Program-made: the position numbers and the translations under genes
Assembly: GCA_037925075.1 (NCBI GenBank)
Contig: JAXSNR010000002.1
Location: forward strand, 256,001-320,000
DNA from: Aquificaceae bacterium
GTDB taxonomy: Bacteria; Aquificota; Aquificia; Aquificales; Aquificaceae
Reading direction: 5' to 3'
DNA: 64,000 nt
The notes under the pieces: model-generated
Told to the model about the DNA's origin: nothing
The model's database searches: none
Seen by the model: the letters and a program-made list of their open reading frames with translations, nothing else
Shown: in pieces, positions 21,312 through 31,003 of the stretch
How the letters are laid out: the number at the start of each line of letters is the position of its first letter
Position numbering within the stretch: position 1 is the first letter of the stretch

Positions 21312-22268
21312 ATGCGGATACTGGTGACGGGAGGGGCGGGATACATAGGCTCCCACATGGTAAAGCTTCTTGGAGAGATGGGATATGAAGTGCTTACAGT
21401 GGACAACCTCTCTGAAGGAAATGGGTGGGCGGTGCTTTATGGAAAGCTAAAGGTGGTGGACCTTCTTAACTACAAAAGCCTTGAGGAAGTTATGCTTGAG
21501 TTCAGGCCGGAGGCGGTCATCCACTTTGCGGCAAAGGTAAAGGTGCCAGAAAGCGTCAGAAAGCCTCTGCTTTATTACGAGAACAACTTTATGGGCACTC
21601 TAAACCTCCTTCAGGCGATGCAAAGGGCTGGAACTGAGCACCTTATTTTTTCCTCCACAGCTGCGGTTTATGGCATACCAAAAAGGGTGCCAGTAAGAGA
21701 AGATGAACCCACAAAACCCATAAACCCCTACGGCTGGAGTAAGCTCTTTGCAGAGCAGGCAATAAGGGACTTTTCCCATGCCACAGATCTTAAGTATGTG
21801 ATACTGAGATACTTCAACGTGGCAGGTGCGGACCCAGAGGGAAAGATAGGACAGGTGAGCAAAGACCCAACTCACCTTATCCTCAGGGCGGTAAAGACCG
21901 CAACAGGACAGCTTCCCTACATGGAGGTCTTTGGCACAGATTATCCCACACCCGATGGCACATGTATAAGGGACTACGTGCATGTTATGGACCTATGCGA
22001 GGCTCATCTGAGGGCTTTGGATTACCTTATGAACCTTGGGCGGAGCGAGGTTTTCAACGTGGGCTATGGCAGAGGATACTCGGTGCTTGAGGTCATAAAC
22101 AAGGTAAAGGAGGTCTCCGGCGTGGATTTTGAGGTAAGGTATGCACCAAGGCGTGAGGGAGACCCTCCCACGCTTGTGGCAGATAGCCAAAAGGCAAGAG
22201 AAGTCCTTGGCTGGAAGCCCAAGTACGATAGCTTGGACTTTATCATAAAGACCGCCTTAGAGTGGTAA
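21312..22268 (+). CDS. galE: UDP-glucose 4-epimerase
   Basis: GGAGYIGSH, FSSTAAVYG, YGWSK, LRYFNVAGA, DGTCIRDYVHV. Confidence 0.95.
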   Translation: MRILVTGGAGYIGSHMVKLLGEMGYEVLTVDNLSEGNGWAVLYGKLKVVDLLNYKSLEEVMLEFRPEAVIHFAAKVKVPESVRKPLLYYENNFMGTLNLLQAMQRAGTEHLIFSSTAAVYGIPKRVPVREDEPTKPINPYGWSKLFAEQAIRDFSHATDLKYVILRYFNVAGADPEGKIGQVSKDPTHLILRAVKTATGQLPYMEVFGTDYPTPDGTCIRDYVHVMDLCEAHLRALDYLMNLGRSEVFNVGYGRGYSVLEVINKVKEVSGVDFEVRYAPRREGDPPTLVADSQKAREVLGWKPKYDSLDFIIKTALEW

Positions 22269-22288
22269 AGGTACTATATTTATCACCT

Positions 22289-22600
22289 ATGATGGAGCTT
22301 GAGCTTTTGGAAAAATTGAAAGAGGTCAAAGACCCTGAGATACCCATAGATATAGTAAATCTTGGGCTCATATATGGTTTGCAAGTCAAGGACAATGTGG
22401 CGTACATAGATATGACCCTTACAGTTCCTTCCTGTCCTGCGAGGGGCTTTTTTGCTCAGCATATAAGGGAACACATACTTAAGAACTTCCCACAACTGAG
22501 GGATGTTGTGATAAACTTTGTATTTGAACCTGCTTGGAGCAGGGATAAGATATCTGAAGAAGGACTGCACAAGCTCAGGAGTATGGGATGGAATATCTAA
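22289..22600 (+). CDS. DUF59/SufT-like metal-sulfur cluster assembly factor
   Basis: V.DPEIPIDIVNLGLIY, MTLT.P.CP, FEPAW. Confidence 0.9.
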   Translation: MMELELLEKLKEVKDPEIPIDIVNLGLIYGLQVKDNVAYIDMTLTVPSCPARGFFAQHIREHILKNFPQLRDVVINFVFEPAWSRDKISEEGLHKLRSMGWNI

Positions 22601-23073
22601 AGGACAAGTTCAGGGCACTGGCGGAAGCCATAGAGAGGGAATCTGTCCTTATCCATCGTGCCGCTTTGGTGGATGGCTACAGGGACATTTACAAGCTGAG
22701 CAAGTTAGGAATAGACAAGGTAATAAAGAAGGCAACCCAATTCGGTGGTAAAAAAGGGGCAAAGATACTAAAAGAGAGGTATGGCATATGCACGGACAGG
22801 TTGGATGAAGCCCTTGATGTGCTAACGGTTATTGCGGAGTCTTCAAGGCTTTTGGATGTGTTTGAGTACGACCTTGATAAGATGGAGATCAGGGTTGATG
22901 GCTCTATATTGGTGGAGGCGGTGGGAAGTAGCAAAAGCCCCGTTTGCGAGCCGATGGCTGGCTTTTTTGAGGGCTTTCTTGGCGAGCTTCTTGAGAAAAA
23001 AATAAGCGTTAAGGAGATTGCCTGCAGGGCTCAGGGACACGAAAGATGCATTTTTAAGATGACCATAAGGTGA
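22588..23073 (+). CDS. Stand-alone V4R-domain protein
   Basis: PVCEPMAGFFEG...KEIACRAQGHERCIF V4R signature. Confidence 0.8.
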   Translation: MEYLKDKFRALAEAIERESVLIHRAALVDGYRDIYKLSKLGIDKVIKKATQFGGKKGAKILKERYGICTDRLDEALDVLTVIAESSRLLDVFEYDLDKMEIRVDGSILVEAVGSSKSPVCEPMAGFFEGFLGELLEKKISVKEIACRAQGHERCIFKMTIR

Positions 23074-23074
23074 T

Positions 23075-23476
23075 ATGGCGGTTATAAGGGTTAGAACCAC
23101 AAAACACACAAGCTTTGTAAATATAACCAATCAGGTAAGAGAAGTGGTCAGGGCTTCTGGAGTAAGGTCAGGTATATGCCTTGTTTATGTTCCCCATACT
23201 ACCGCCTGCCTTTTCGTAAACGAGGGTGCAGACCCGGACGTGATAAGGGATATTGCTTACTCCATAGAGAAGCTCATCCCTTGGAGGGATAGCTATGCCC
23301 ACTCTGAAGGAAACTCTGCGGCACACATAAGAAGTGCCATAATAGGCAACTCAAGGGTAATACCCATAGAGGAGGGAGACCTTGTACTTGGCACATGGGA
23401 GGCGGTGTTTCTTGCGGAGTTTGACGGACCAAGGGAAAGGAAGGTTATAGTTAAGGTTATACAGGAATCTGTTTAG
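23075..23476 (+). CDS. YjbQ/UPF0047-family protein (copy 1)
   Basis: PHTTA...NE.ADP, H.EGNS.AHI, LGTW, EFDGPR.R. Confidence 0.9.
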   Translation: MAVIRVRTTKHTSFVNITNQVREVVRASGVRSGICLVYVPHTTACLFVNEGADPDVIRDIAYSIEKLIPWRDSYAHSEGNSAAHIRSAIIGNSRVIPIEEGDLVLGTWEAVFLAEFDGPRERKVIVKVIQESV

Positions 23477-23485
23477 GAGGTAAGC

Positions 23486-24781
23486 ATGGAGTATGTATTG
23501 GCTTTTCTTGTTCTCATAGGCTTGCTCATATGGTTTCATGAGCTTGGGCATTTTCTTATGGCTAAGCTCTTTGATGTAAAGGTGGAGGTATTTTCCATAG
23601 GCTTTGGTCCTGTGCTTTTTAATAAGAAGGTGGGAGAGACAGAATACAGGCTATCCGCCCTTCCTTTGGGAGGCTTTGTAAAGCTTTATGGTGAAGAGGA
23701 GCAGATAGAGGACAGAAGAGCCTTTTCCTCAAAGCCAAACTGGCAAAAGGTGCTTATAGCCTTTGGTGGCCCTCTGTTTAACTTTATTCTTGCGGTACTG
23801 CTTTTTTCCTTTCTGTCTTTGGTAGGTAGGGATGTGCCCAAGTACCTTTCTGAAAGACCTATTGTGGGTCATGTGGTGGAAAACAGCATAGCCCATAAAC
23901 TGGGCATAAAAGAGGGTGACCTAATAATGGAGATAAACTCCAAAAGGGTGCAAGATTGGAAGGAAGTGGAGCGTGCGGTCTTTGAAAACTTACTTGCTAA
24001 GGAATGGAAGGTCAAGGTGCTAAGGAATGGAAAGGAGACAAACCTGTTTGTTAGGGAAAGCTTGAGTAGGTCTGCTGGTTTTGGTGCGGAGCCGTGGCTA
24101 CCTGCGGTGGTAGGAAGTGTGGTAAAAGATAGTCCTGCCTTTCAGGTGGGGTTGCAAGCTGGAGACAGGATACTCAAAGTTAACCACAAGGATATAAATG
24201 GCTGGTACGAGCTCGTAAAACATATAAGGGAATCAAAAGATAAACCTGTCTTGCTTACCATACAGAGGGAAAACTCTACCGAAGAAAAGACAGTTGTTCC
24301 TAAGATTGACCAAAGAACGGGAACGCCCATCTTGGGCATAGCTCCATACATAGAGAAGGTGGAGACCAAAGAACCACCTTTGAAGGCTCTTGCGGAAGGC
24401 TTTGAAAGGACTTACATGCTAAGCCTACTTTCTCTGAAAGCTTTATGGAGCCTTATTACCGGTGGTCTTTCCATAAAAACCCTTGGTGGACCCATTGCCA
24501 TAGCCCAGTTGGCGGGTGAATCCGCACAGCAGGGATTGCTTCCCTTTGTGGGTATGATGGCTTTTATATCTGTCCAGCTTGCCATATTTAACCTCATCCC
24601 CCTTCCTGTTCTTGATGGAGGGCTTATACTTCTCTTCCTTATGGAATCCATAAGAAGAAAGCCCTTCTCTCCCAAGTTCAAAGAAGCATGGGTAAAGGCT
24701 GGCTACGCCATCATAATAGTTTTGGCTGGCTTTGTGATACTTAACGATATACTAAGAATTCTAAGCGGTGGAAGGTTCTAA
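23486..24781 (+). CDS. rseP: RIP metalloprotease RseP
   Basis: HELGH, FSIGFGP, PLGGFVK, two PDZ domains, NLIP.P.LDGG. Confidence 0.96.
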   Translation: MEYVLAFLVLIGLLIWFHELGHFLMAKLFDVKVEVFSIGFGPVLFNKKVGETEYRLSALPLGGFVKLYGEEEQIEDRRAFSSKPNWQKVLIAFGGPLFNFILAVLLFSFLSLVGRDVPKYLSERPIVGHVVENSIAHKLGIKEGDLIMEINSKRVQDWKEVERAVFENLLAKEWKVKVLRNGKETNLFVRESLSRSAGFGAEPWLPAVVGSVVKDSPAFQVGLQAGDRILKVNHKDINGWYELVKHIRESKDKPVLLTIQRENSTEEKTVVPKIDQRTGTPILGIAPYIEKVETKEPPLKALAEGFERTYMLSLLSLKALWSLITGGLSIKTLGGPIAIAQLAGESAQQGLLPFVGMMAFISVQLAIFNLIPLPVLDGGLILLFLMESIRRKPFSPKFKEAWVKAGYAIIIVLAGFVILNDILRILSGGRF

Positions 24782-25434
24782 AAGGGCCTCTCTGGCACTT
24801 TTTCCCAGTCCTTTAGAAAGAGCTCTATGCCCTTGTCGGTAAGGGGGTGCTGGAAGAGTTTTTTCATAACTTCAAAGGGCATGGTGCATATGTCCGCACC
24901 TATTAGGGCTGCCTCCACCACATGCATAGGATGCCTCACGCTGGCGACTATTATCTCCGTATCCACTATGTCGTAGTTGTCAAAGATCTGCTTTATCTCT
25001 CTTATGAGCTTCATACCATCATTTGAAACATCGTCTATCCTACCCACAAAGGGAGATACAAAGCTTGCACCCGCCTTTGCTGCTATAAGAGCCTGAGCGG
25101 GTGAAAAAATTAGGGTGACGTTGGTGGGTATGCCCTCAGATTCAAGCACCTGAACAGCCTTCATACCTTCTGGCGTCATGGGTATTTTTACCACCACATT
25201 GTCCCCAAGTTCTGCAAGCATCCGCCCTTCTCTTATCATGCCTTCCGCATCCCTTGAGACAGTTTCTAAGCTTACAGGTCCATCCACAAGCTGGAGTATC
25301 TCCTTTGCCACCTCCAAAAAGGGCCTTCCCGTCTTGGCTATAAGGCTTGGATTTGTGGTGACGCCATCAAGTATTCCCCATTCAAGAGCCTGCTTTATCT
25401 CATCCACCATACCTGTGTCAAGGAAAAACTGCAT
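24778..25434 (-). CDS. tal: Transaldolase / fructose-6-phosphate aldolase family
   Basis: [39 protein letters not shown]. Confidence 0.9.
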   Translation of the reverse strand: MQFFLDTGMVDEIKQALEWGILDGVTTNPSLIAKTGRPFLEVAKEILQLVDGPVSLETVSRDAEGMIREGRMLAELGDNVVVKIPMTPEGMKAVQVLESEGIPTNVTLIFSPAQALIAAKAGASFVSPFVGRIDDVSNDGMKLIREIKQIFDNYDIVDTEIIVASVRHPMHVVEAALIGADICTMPFEVMKKLFQHPLTDKGIELFLKDWEKVPERPF

Positions 25435-25437
25435 AGC

Positions 25438-25806
25438 TTATACCTCCTGAAGTATTCTCTGGTGCTTTACCATACCCACAAAGACCTTTTTAATTATACC
25501 ATCCTTGACCACAAGGGTAGTGGGCGTTGCCACAATCCCTAAATCCCTTGCCCTTTGAAAGCCTTCTGGCTTTAACACATCAAACTCTAAAACATTCACT
25601 TTTTCCCTTAACTTTTCTATCTCAGGCTTCATGAGCTTACAAGCCCCGCACCTCTCAGAGTAAAAATAGACCACTCCATCTGTAATGAAGCTCAACTTCT
25701 TACCTTGCATCCTCTTACTCCTTAAACTTGCGTAAAATCTCAAGCCAAGCATAAGCCCAAAGAAAAGAGTAAGAAAAAGGGCAACAAGCGTTAAAAGGCT
25801 TTCCAC
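25438..25806 (-). CDS. Membrane-anchored thioredoxin-family protein
   Basis: N-terminal TM helix, CGAC active site, ATPT cis-Pro motif; GTG 25806 with GGAGG. Confidence 0.8.
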   Translation of the reverse strand: MESLLTLVALFLTLFFGLMLGLRFYASLRSKRMQGKKLSFITDGVVYFYSERCGACKLMKPEIEKLREKVNVLEFDVLKPEGFQRARDLGIVATPTTLVVKDGIIKKVFVGMVKHQRILQEV

Positions 25807-25808
25807 AC

Positions 25809-26543
25809 CTACCTCCTCCCCACGGGCTCCATGTGGAGGGCTTGGCGGAGGCTTTTTAACTCTTCCCTTGTCAGGTCCCTCCACTGTCCCGGCTTTAGGC
25901 TTCCAAGTCCTATGGGGCCTATGGCAACCCTTTTTAGCCTTATAACCTTACGTCCAAAGTGAGATACAAACCTCTTGACTATGTGTTTTCTGCCCTCGTG
26001 AAAAACTATCTCCAAAAGGCTGTTATCTTTACCGTGTTTTACAAGCTTTACGCTGTCTGGCTTTGCAAAGCCATCTTCAAGGACTGCACCCCCTTTCATG
26101 GCGTCAATGGTTTCTTTGCTCACCTTTCCAGAAACCCAAACTAAATAGACCTTTGGAAGTTTGTGTCTTGGATGCATTATCCTATGGGCAAGCTCTCCAT
26201 CGTTGGTAAGAATAAGAAGCCCTTCCGCATTGTAATCAAGCCTTCCCGCAGGGTAGACCCTTTCGGGAATATCCTTTATAAGCTCCTTTATAGTTTTCTT
26301 ACCCTCTTTTGGGTCTCCAAGGGATGTGAGATAACAGCAAGGCTTATATAGGATTATGTACCTATACTTTAAGGGTTTTACCTCTTTTCCGTCCACCTCC
26401 ACCACATCCCTTTTGGGGTCCACCCTCCAGCCCAACTCCTTTACCACAAGCCCGTTCACCTTTACCCTTCCCTGAAGTATAAGCTCATCCGCCTTCCTTC
26501 TTGAGGCAACTCCGCACATGGAAAGGTAGCGGTTTAACCTCAC
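25809..26543 (-). CDS. rRNA pseudouridine synthase (RsuA/RluB family)
   Basis: S4 domain RLNRYL..CGVASRRKAD, GRLD..AEGLLILTNDG, EGRKH; GTG 26543 overlaps the upstream stop. Confidence 0.92.
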   Translation of the reverse strand: MRLNRYLSMCGVASRRKADELILQGRVKVNGLVVKELGWRVDPKRDVVEVDGKEVKPLKYRYIILYKPCCYLTSLGDPKEGKKTIKELIKDIPERVYPAGRLDYNAEGLLILTNDGELAHRIMHPRHKLPKVYLVWVSGKVSKETIDAMKGGAVLEDGFAKPDSVKLVKHGKDNSLLEIVFHEGRKHIVKRFVSHFGRKVIRLKRVAIGPIGLGSLKPGQWRDLTREELKSLRQALHMEPVGRR

Positions 26544-27136
26544 CAGTATCGCTCTTCCTTCCATGGGTCTCCTTTCATATTGTACCCCCTCTGCTCCCAA
26601 AAGCCGGGAGCATCCTCTTTGAGTAGTTCTATACCCCACACATACTTGGCGCTTTTCCATGCGTAAAGCTTTGGAACCACAAGCCTAAGGGGATATCCAT
26701 GCCTCAAAGGTATAGGTCTTCCGTACATTTTGTGGGCAAGTAGGCTATCTTCTTCATAAAGATATTCAAGGGGTAGGTTGGTGGTGTATCCTTCAAGGCA
26801 ATGAACCATAACATACTTAGCGCCAATCTTGGGCTTTGCCAAGCTTAGTATGTATGAGGTTTGTACACCTTCCCACTCCATTTCCTTTACACTCCAACGA
26901 GTTACGCAGTGAAAATCCGCAACAAGCCTTACAGAGGGCATACTTAAAAGCTCATCGTAGGTTAGCTCAAGGGGGTTTTCCACAAGACCAAAGACCTTAA
27001 AACGATAATCCCTTGTGTCCCAGTTGGGAATCTCATCCACTATGTCATAAACTATGGGGGCGGATATCCACCTCTGACCGGGTGGTAATCTGTCTTCCCT
27101 TAGGTTTATGGAGCTTATGATGGTTTTTCTTTCCAT
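26540..27136 (-). CDS. Sulfite-oxidase-like molybdopterin oxidoreductase
   Basis: LPPGQ, DFHCVTRWS (Mo-ligand Cys), HGYPLRLVVP..YAWKSAK, GFWE..GY...GDPW. Confidence 0.88.
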   Translation of the reverse strand: MERKTIISSINLREDRLPPGQRWISAPIVYDIVDEIPNWDTRDYRFKVFGLVENPLELTYDELLSMPSVRLVADFHCVTRWSVKEMEWEGVQTSYILSLAKPKIGAKYVMVHCLEGYTTNLPLEYLYEEDSLLAHKMYGRPIPLRHGYPLRLVVPKLYAWKSAKYVWGIELLKEDAPGFWEQRGYNMKGDPWKEERYW

Positions 27137-27191
27137 GTTTGTCTATTATAGGTTTTCTTCTCACCTGCGTACTGCTTTAGGTCAGTTTTGC

Positions 27192-27220
27192 TTGACAATA
27201 TATAAGTGATTGCTTACTAT
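27192..27220 (+). promoter_or_regulatory. sigma70-type promoter TTGACA-N17-TACTAT
   Basis: Perfect -35 at 27192-27197, 17 bp spacer, -10 at 27215-27220, 6 nt before ATG 27227. Confidence 0.7.
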
Positions 27221-27226
27221 ATTCAT

Positions 27227-28363
27227 ATGTTCTATATATCAAAGGTAAGCCTACCCTTTTTTTTCCTTGCGGTGCTGGACCTTTTTTATTCCCTGATCAT
27301 CAAGGTAATCCTTCCTGATCCTAAAGCGGTGTGGATAACTGCGGTCTTTGGTTTTGTAGCTCATACCATAGTGTCCGCCATGTATCAGATAGTTCCAAAC
27401 TCTCAGGGCAAACCTCTTAGGCTCTGGTGGGTTTCCTACATAGTATTTCTTTTAAGCCTGTTTTCCTCTTTGCTGTTTTATACTTTCCAGTGGCTCTATG
27501 GGGCTTCTGTATATTTTCTTGCCTCTCTTTTGTTTGCGGTAAATATACTTTTGTCTGTCAAGAATTGGCAACCCATAACCGTCAAGTTTTTGGCTCTTGG
27601 CACTCTATATTTGCTTCTTGCAAGCTTTTTTCTTATTCTCTCGGAGCTTGGTTATGTTCCTTTTTCTCTTGCGGTTCATAGCCTGACGCTGGGCTTTATG
27701 CTTAATGTGGTTGTTGGCGTGGAATTGGCTTGGATACCCATGCTTTATATGGAGTCTCTTAACTTAGTCCTTAGTAAAAGGCTCTTTTATTTAAGTTTAG
27801 TTTATCTCCCTGTTTTTCTTGCGAGTTTTTACCTTCTTGATTATGGGCTTATTGCCCTAACGGGCTTTCTCACCTTAGCCTTTGTGGGCTACTTTCTTTA
27901 CCTGATCTACCTTGTCTTTTCCAAAAGACGCATGCCCAAGGAGATTCCTCTGGTGGTAAGGTATTTTATCCTTGCCCTTGTTATACTACCCTTTGGTCTT
28001 CTTTTCGGTTTTGTTATGGCAAGCCAAAATATAGTCTCCTTTCTCATCCCTATCCACTTTGACCTTTTGGTGTATGGCTTTACTGGAACAACCATAATGG
28101 GTGGGCTGGCACACCTATATCCGAGAATCCTTTATAACTGGAAGTTTTCGGGAAAACAGGGTATTTCCATATCAGACCTTGTTGATGAACAAACCCTAAG
28201 AAAGCTTCTTCCTTTGGTGCCTTTATGTCTGTCTTGGATGGTTCTTGCGGATGCTTATGGAAAGCCCATTGCCTTTGTTTCAAGCCTTCCCTATACGCTC
28301 CTGTGGTTGTATTTTGTAAGGTCTGTTCTTATAAAACCCTTGCTTTTCAAGCCTACCAGCTGA
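27227..28363 (+). CDS. Polytopic membrane protein with conserved His motifs (NnrS/heme-copper-oxidase-like)
   Basis: About 12 hydrophobic segments; repeated H...GF...I.G...Y...P patterns. Confidence 0.6.
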   Translation: MFYISKVSLPFFFLAVLDLFYSLIIKVILPDPKAVWITAVFGFVAHTIVSAMYQIVPNSQGKPLRLWWVSYIVFLLSLFSSLLFYTFQWLYGASVYFLASLLFAVNILLSVKNWQPITVKFLALGTLYLLLASFFLILSELGYVPFSLAVHSLTLGFMLNVVVGVELAWIPMLYMESLNLVLSKRLFYLSLVYLPVFLASFYLLDYGLIALTGFLTLAFVGYFLYLIYLVFSKRRMPKEIPLVVRYFILALVILPFGLLFGFVMASQNIVSFLIPIHFDLLVYGFTGTTIMGGLAHLYPRILYNWKFSGKQGISISDLVDEQTLRKLLPLVPLCLSWMVLADAYGKPIAFVSSLPYTLLWLYFVRSVLIKPLLFKPTS

Positions 28364-29069
28364 AGTCTCTTCCTAAATATACCTCCCTTACCTCTTCCCT
28401 TTCGCTCACCTCGTGGGGCTTGCCCTCAGCCAGTATTCTACCGTCGCTTATTACATAGACCCTGTCTACCATCCTTATGGTTTCTCTTACGTTGTGGTCT
28501 GTTATGAGTATGCCTATGTTTTGAGCCTTTAGGTTAATTATCATGGACCTTATGTCCGCTATCATTATAGGGTCTATGCCTGTAAAGGGTTCATCAAAGA
28601 AGATGTATTTTGGCTTTGGTATGAGAGATCTGGCAACCTCAAGCCTTCTCTTTTGACCGCCAGAAAGCCTTCCAGCCTTCTGGTCTTTTAGTTCCCAAAG
28701 TCCAAAGTCCGCAAGAAGCTCCTCCGCCCTTGCAAGCTGTGATTCCTTTCCTTCTTCAAAGAATTCAAGGAATATGAGAAGATTTTCAAGGACCGTAAGG
28801 TCTTCAAAAAGGGTATGCTCCTGAGGGAGAAAAGTTATACCCTTCCTTGCCCTCTTGTGGGCTGGCAGGTGCGTTATTTCCTCCTCGTCCAATTCTATTT
28901 TCCCATCATCTACTGGCAGAAAACCAACAAGGCAGTTAAAAAGAGTTGTTTTGCCCGCACCGTTGGGACCCAAAAGCCCCACCACCTCCCCCCTCTCAAT
29001 CTCAAGGTCTATGCCCTTTAAAATCTCTCTTTTTTTAAAGCTCTTTTTTATTCCCCTTGCTACCAGCAC
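28353..29069 (-). CDS. lptB: LPS export ABC transporter ATP-binding protein
   Basis: GLLGPNGAGKTT, LPQE, LSGGQKRRLE, DEPF.GIDP, LITDHNVRET. Confidence 0.93.
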   Translation of the reverse strand: MLVARGIKKSFKKREILKGIDLEIERGEVVGLLGPNGAGKTTLFNCLVGFLPVDDGKIELDEEEITHLPAHKRARKGITFLPQEHTLFEDLTVLENLLIFLEFFEEGKESQLARAEELLADFGLWELKDQKAGRLSGGQKRRLEVARSLIPKPKYIFFDEPFTGIDPIMIADIRSMIINLKAQNIGILITDHNVRETIRMVDRVYVISDGRILAEGKPHEVSEREEVREVYLGRDFSW

Positions 29070-29092
29070 CCTAAAAATTTTAAACTATTGGC

Positions 29093-29749
29093 ATGATACC
29101 CATAAGAGATGTAAATCCTCACAACCACTTTCCCGTAGTAAACCTTGGCATAATACTGACCTGTTCCCTATTGTGGCTTTATGAAGTAAGTCTTTCCGAT
29201 GAGGACCTACATCTTTTTATATATCACTATGGGCTTGTGCCCGCTTACCTTTTTGAAAGACCCCAAACCCTTTTGAGCCATATGTTTTTGCATGGTAGCT
29301 GGCTTCATGTAATAGGTAATATGTGGTTTTTGTGGGTATTTGGAGACAATGTGGAAGACAGGATGGGTAAGCTTAGATATTTTTTCTTCTACATACTTTC
29401 TGGGCTTGGTGCGGCGGTGATCCAGATGCTTGTCAGCCTCCTGTTTGGTGGGGCGAATATTCCCATGGTGGGTGCAAGCGGTGCAATAAGTGGAGTTCTT
29501 GGTGCGTACCTATGGATGTTCCCCCATGCCAGAATACTTGCGCTTGTTCCCATGTTCTTTTTCCTCACCTTTATGGAGCTTCCCGCGGTTTTCTTCATAG
29601 GCATGTGGATATTCATACAGGTCATAAACGGGCTTATCACCTTACCTTTGGCGGGGGTTGGTGGTGTGGCATGGTTTGCCCATATTGGTGGCTTTGTGGT
29701 TGGGTATTTTCTTGCAAAAAGGCTATACAGGAGAAGATGGTACGATTAA
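29093..29749 (+). CDS. Rhomboid intramembrane serine protease
   Basis: HMFLHG..LH..GNM, GASG catalytic Ser, AWFAHIGG catalytic His. Confidence 0.93.
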   Translation: MIPIRDVNPHNHFPVVNLGIILTCSLLWLYEVSLSDEDLHLFIYHYGLVPAYLFERPQTLLSHMFLHGSWLHVIGNMWFLWVFGDNVEDRMGKLRYFFFYILSGLGAAVIQMLVSLLFGGANIPMVGASGAISGVLGAYLWMFPHARILALVPMFFFLTFMELPAVFFIGMWIFIQVINGLITLPLAGVGGVAWFAHIGGFVVGYFLAKRLYRRRWYD

Positions 29750-29752
29750 CGC

Positions 29753-30815
29753 CTAAATAACCTGCACCTCATACTTAGAATGCTCAAAGGTAAGCTTGTA
29801 CTTATCCATTGCCTTACCTCCTACTTCTGCAAAAGGATACATGAATTCATTGAGCGGCTCTCCGCTTGACATGGGTGGATTTAACTGAAAATCTCTTGCA
29901 TAATTGAAGGCTACCCAATGCACATCCCATCCACCGAACATGAACTCCCTTATCTGCTGAACTTTTGTATGTTTCAGGTCAAGCTGTTCCTCAAGTATCA
30001 ATTTCCTAACATCCGCTGGGTCTGCGGGTATCCACCTTCCCAAATAGAACTCTGCCCTACAGTGCTGTGCCTTTGTAGCATCACCTTGGACTGAGGATAT
30101 TCCCTTTGAAAGCTCAGAAGGTAATACCCTTATACCAAAGATTTCTCTCGCCGGTATTCCAGAGGCTCTACAAAGGGCAACAAACAGAGAGTTAATGTCT
30201 GTGCACTTCCCACCGAAATATCCACTTTCAAGCATACTCTTTACATCTCCAACACCACAACCGAGGACCTTTGGGTCCCTAAAGGTGTTTTCCACAACCC
30301 AGTTGTATATGGCCCTGACCTTGTCCAAGTCGTTTTTTGCCTTTTTTGTTATTTTTTTCCGCATACTCCTTAACTATACCATCAGTTTGTATGTGCCTTG
30401 TGGGTTTGAGATAAAGGGCAACATCCTGTGGGATTTTTCCATTTTTGGTGGGTAGGCTTTCCCATTTTATCTTATCCCTGTCCCATATCTCAACATAGAA
30501 AGCAATTTCTGCGATTTTTTTATCTGAACTATTTTGGAACTCCATATACAGTATAGGTGTATCGTAGACGCTTTCCCTTGTTAGCCATATCTTGGAGGCA
30601 TTGCCACTGACCTCTATATCCATAAGCCTTTGATAGGATGTATTCATAGGGACAGGAATCCATAGCCTTGTGGCGTCTTTGTAAGGTAGTTCCACATTGT
30701 ATATAAGCTTTATTCGCTTTTTGTTTGTTTGCTTTTCATCCAATGTTTTGGTAAAAGCCCTGGGTACAAGAAGGAATCCAAGAGCAAAAGCTTTCAATAA
30801 GGTTCTCCTTTCCAT
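29753..30815 (-). pseudogene. Tat-signal transglutaminase-like protein split by a single-base frameshift at an A7 run (30352-30358)
   Basis: ORF 30279-30815 (MERRTLLK signal, RLWIP.P) and ORF 29753-30364 (GGKCTDINSLFV, HCRAEFY, W.P.DP) join in frame if one A is removed. Confidence 0.8.
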
Positions 30816-30928
30816 GTTTCACCTCCAGTAGTAGTGATGTTAGTAATATAGGGGTGTTTTTGTCGTTGATCATCAGAAATATTCAAAGCTTTAGTGGAGA
30901 TTTTTAAGAAAAGTTCAAACTAACACTC

Positions 30929-30953
30929 TTATGTAACTTTATTACAGACATAA
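30929..30953. promoter_or_regulatory. Candidate operator palindrome upstream of the cytochrome gene
   Basis: TGTAA-N5-TTACA (30932-30946), overlapped by a second inverted repeat TTATGT-N13-ACATAA. Confidence 0.4.
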
Positions 30954-31003
30954 GCTCACTTTCTTAACAGAATATAAAACAAAACCTTTAAGGAGGTGCT
31001 GTC

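Noticed and set aside
30340..30358. A-AAA-AAG slippery heptamer as a programmed -1 ribosomal frameshift in the transglutaminase gene
   Set aside because: Restoring the frame needs +1 (loss of one A), not -1.
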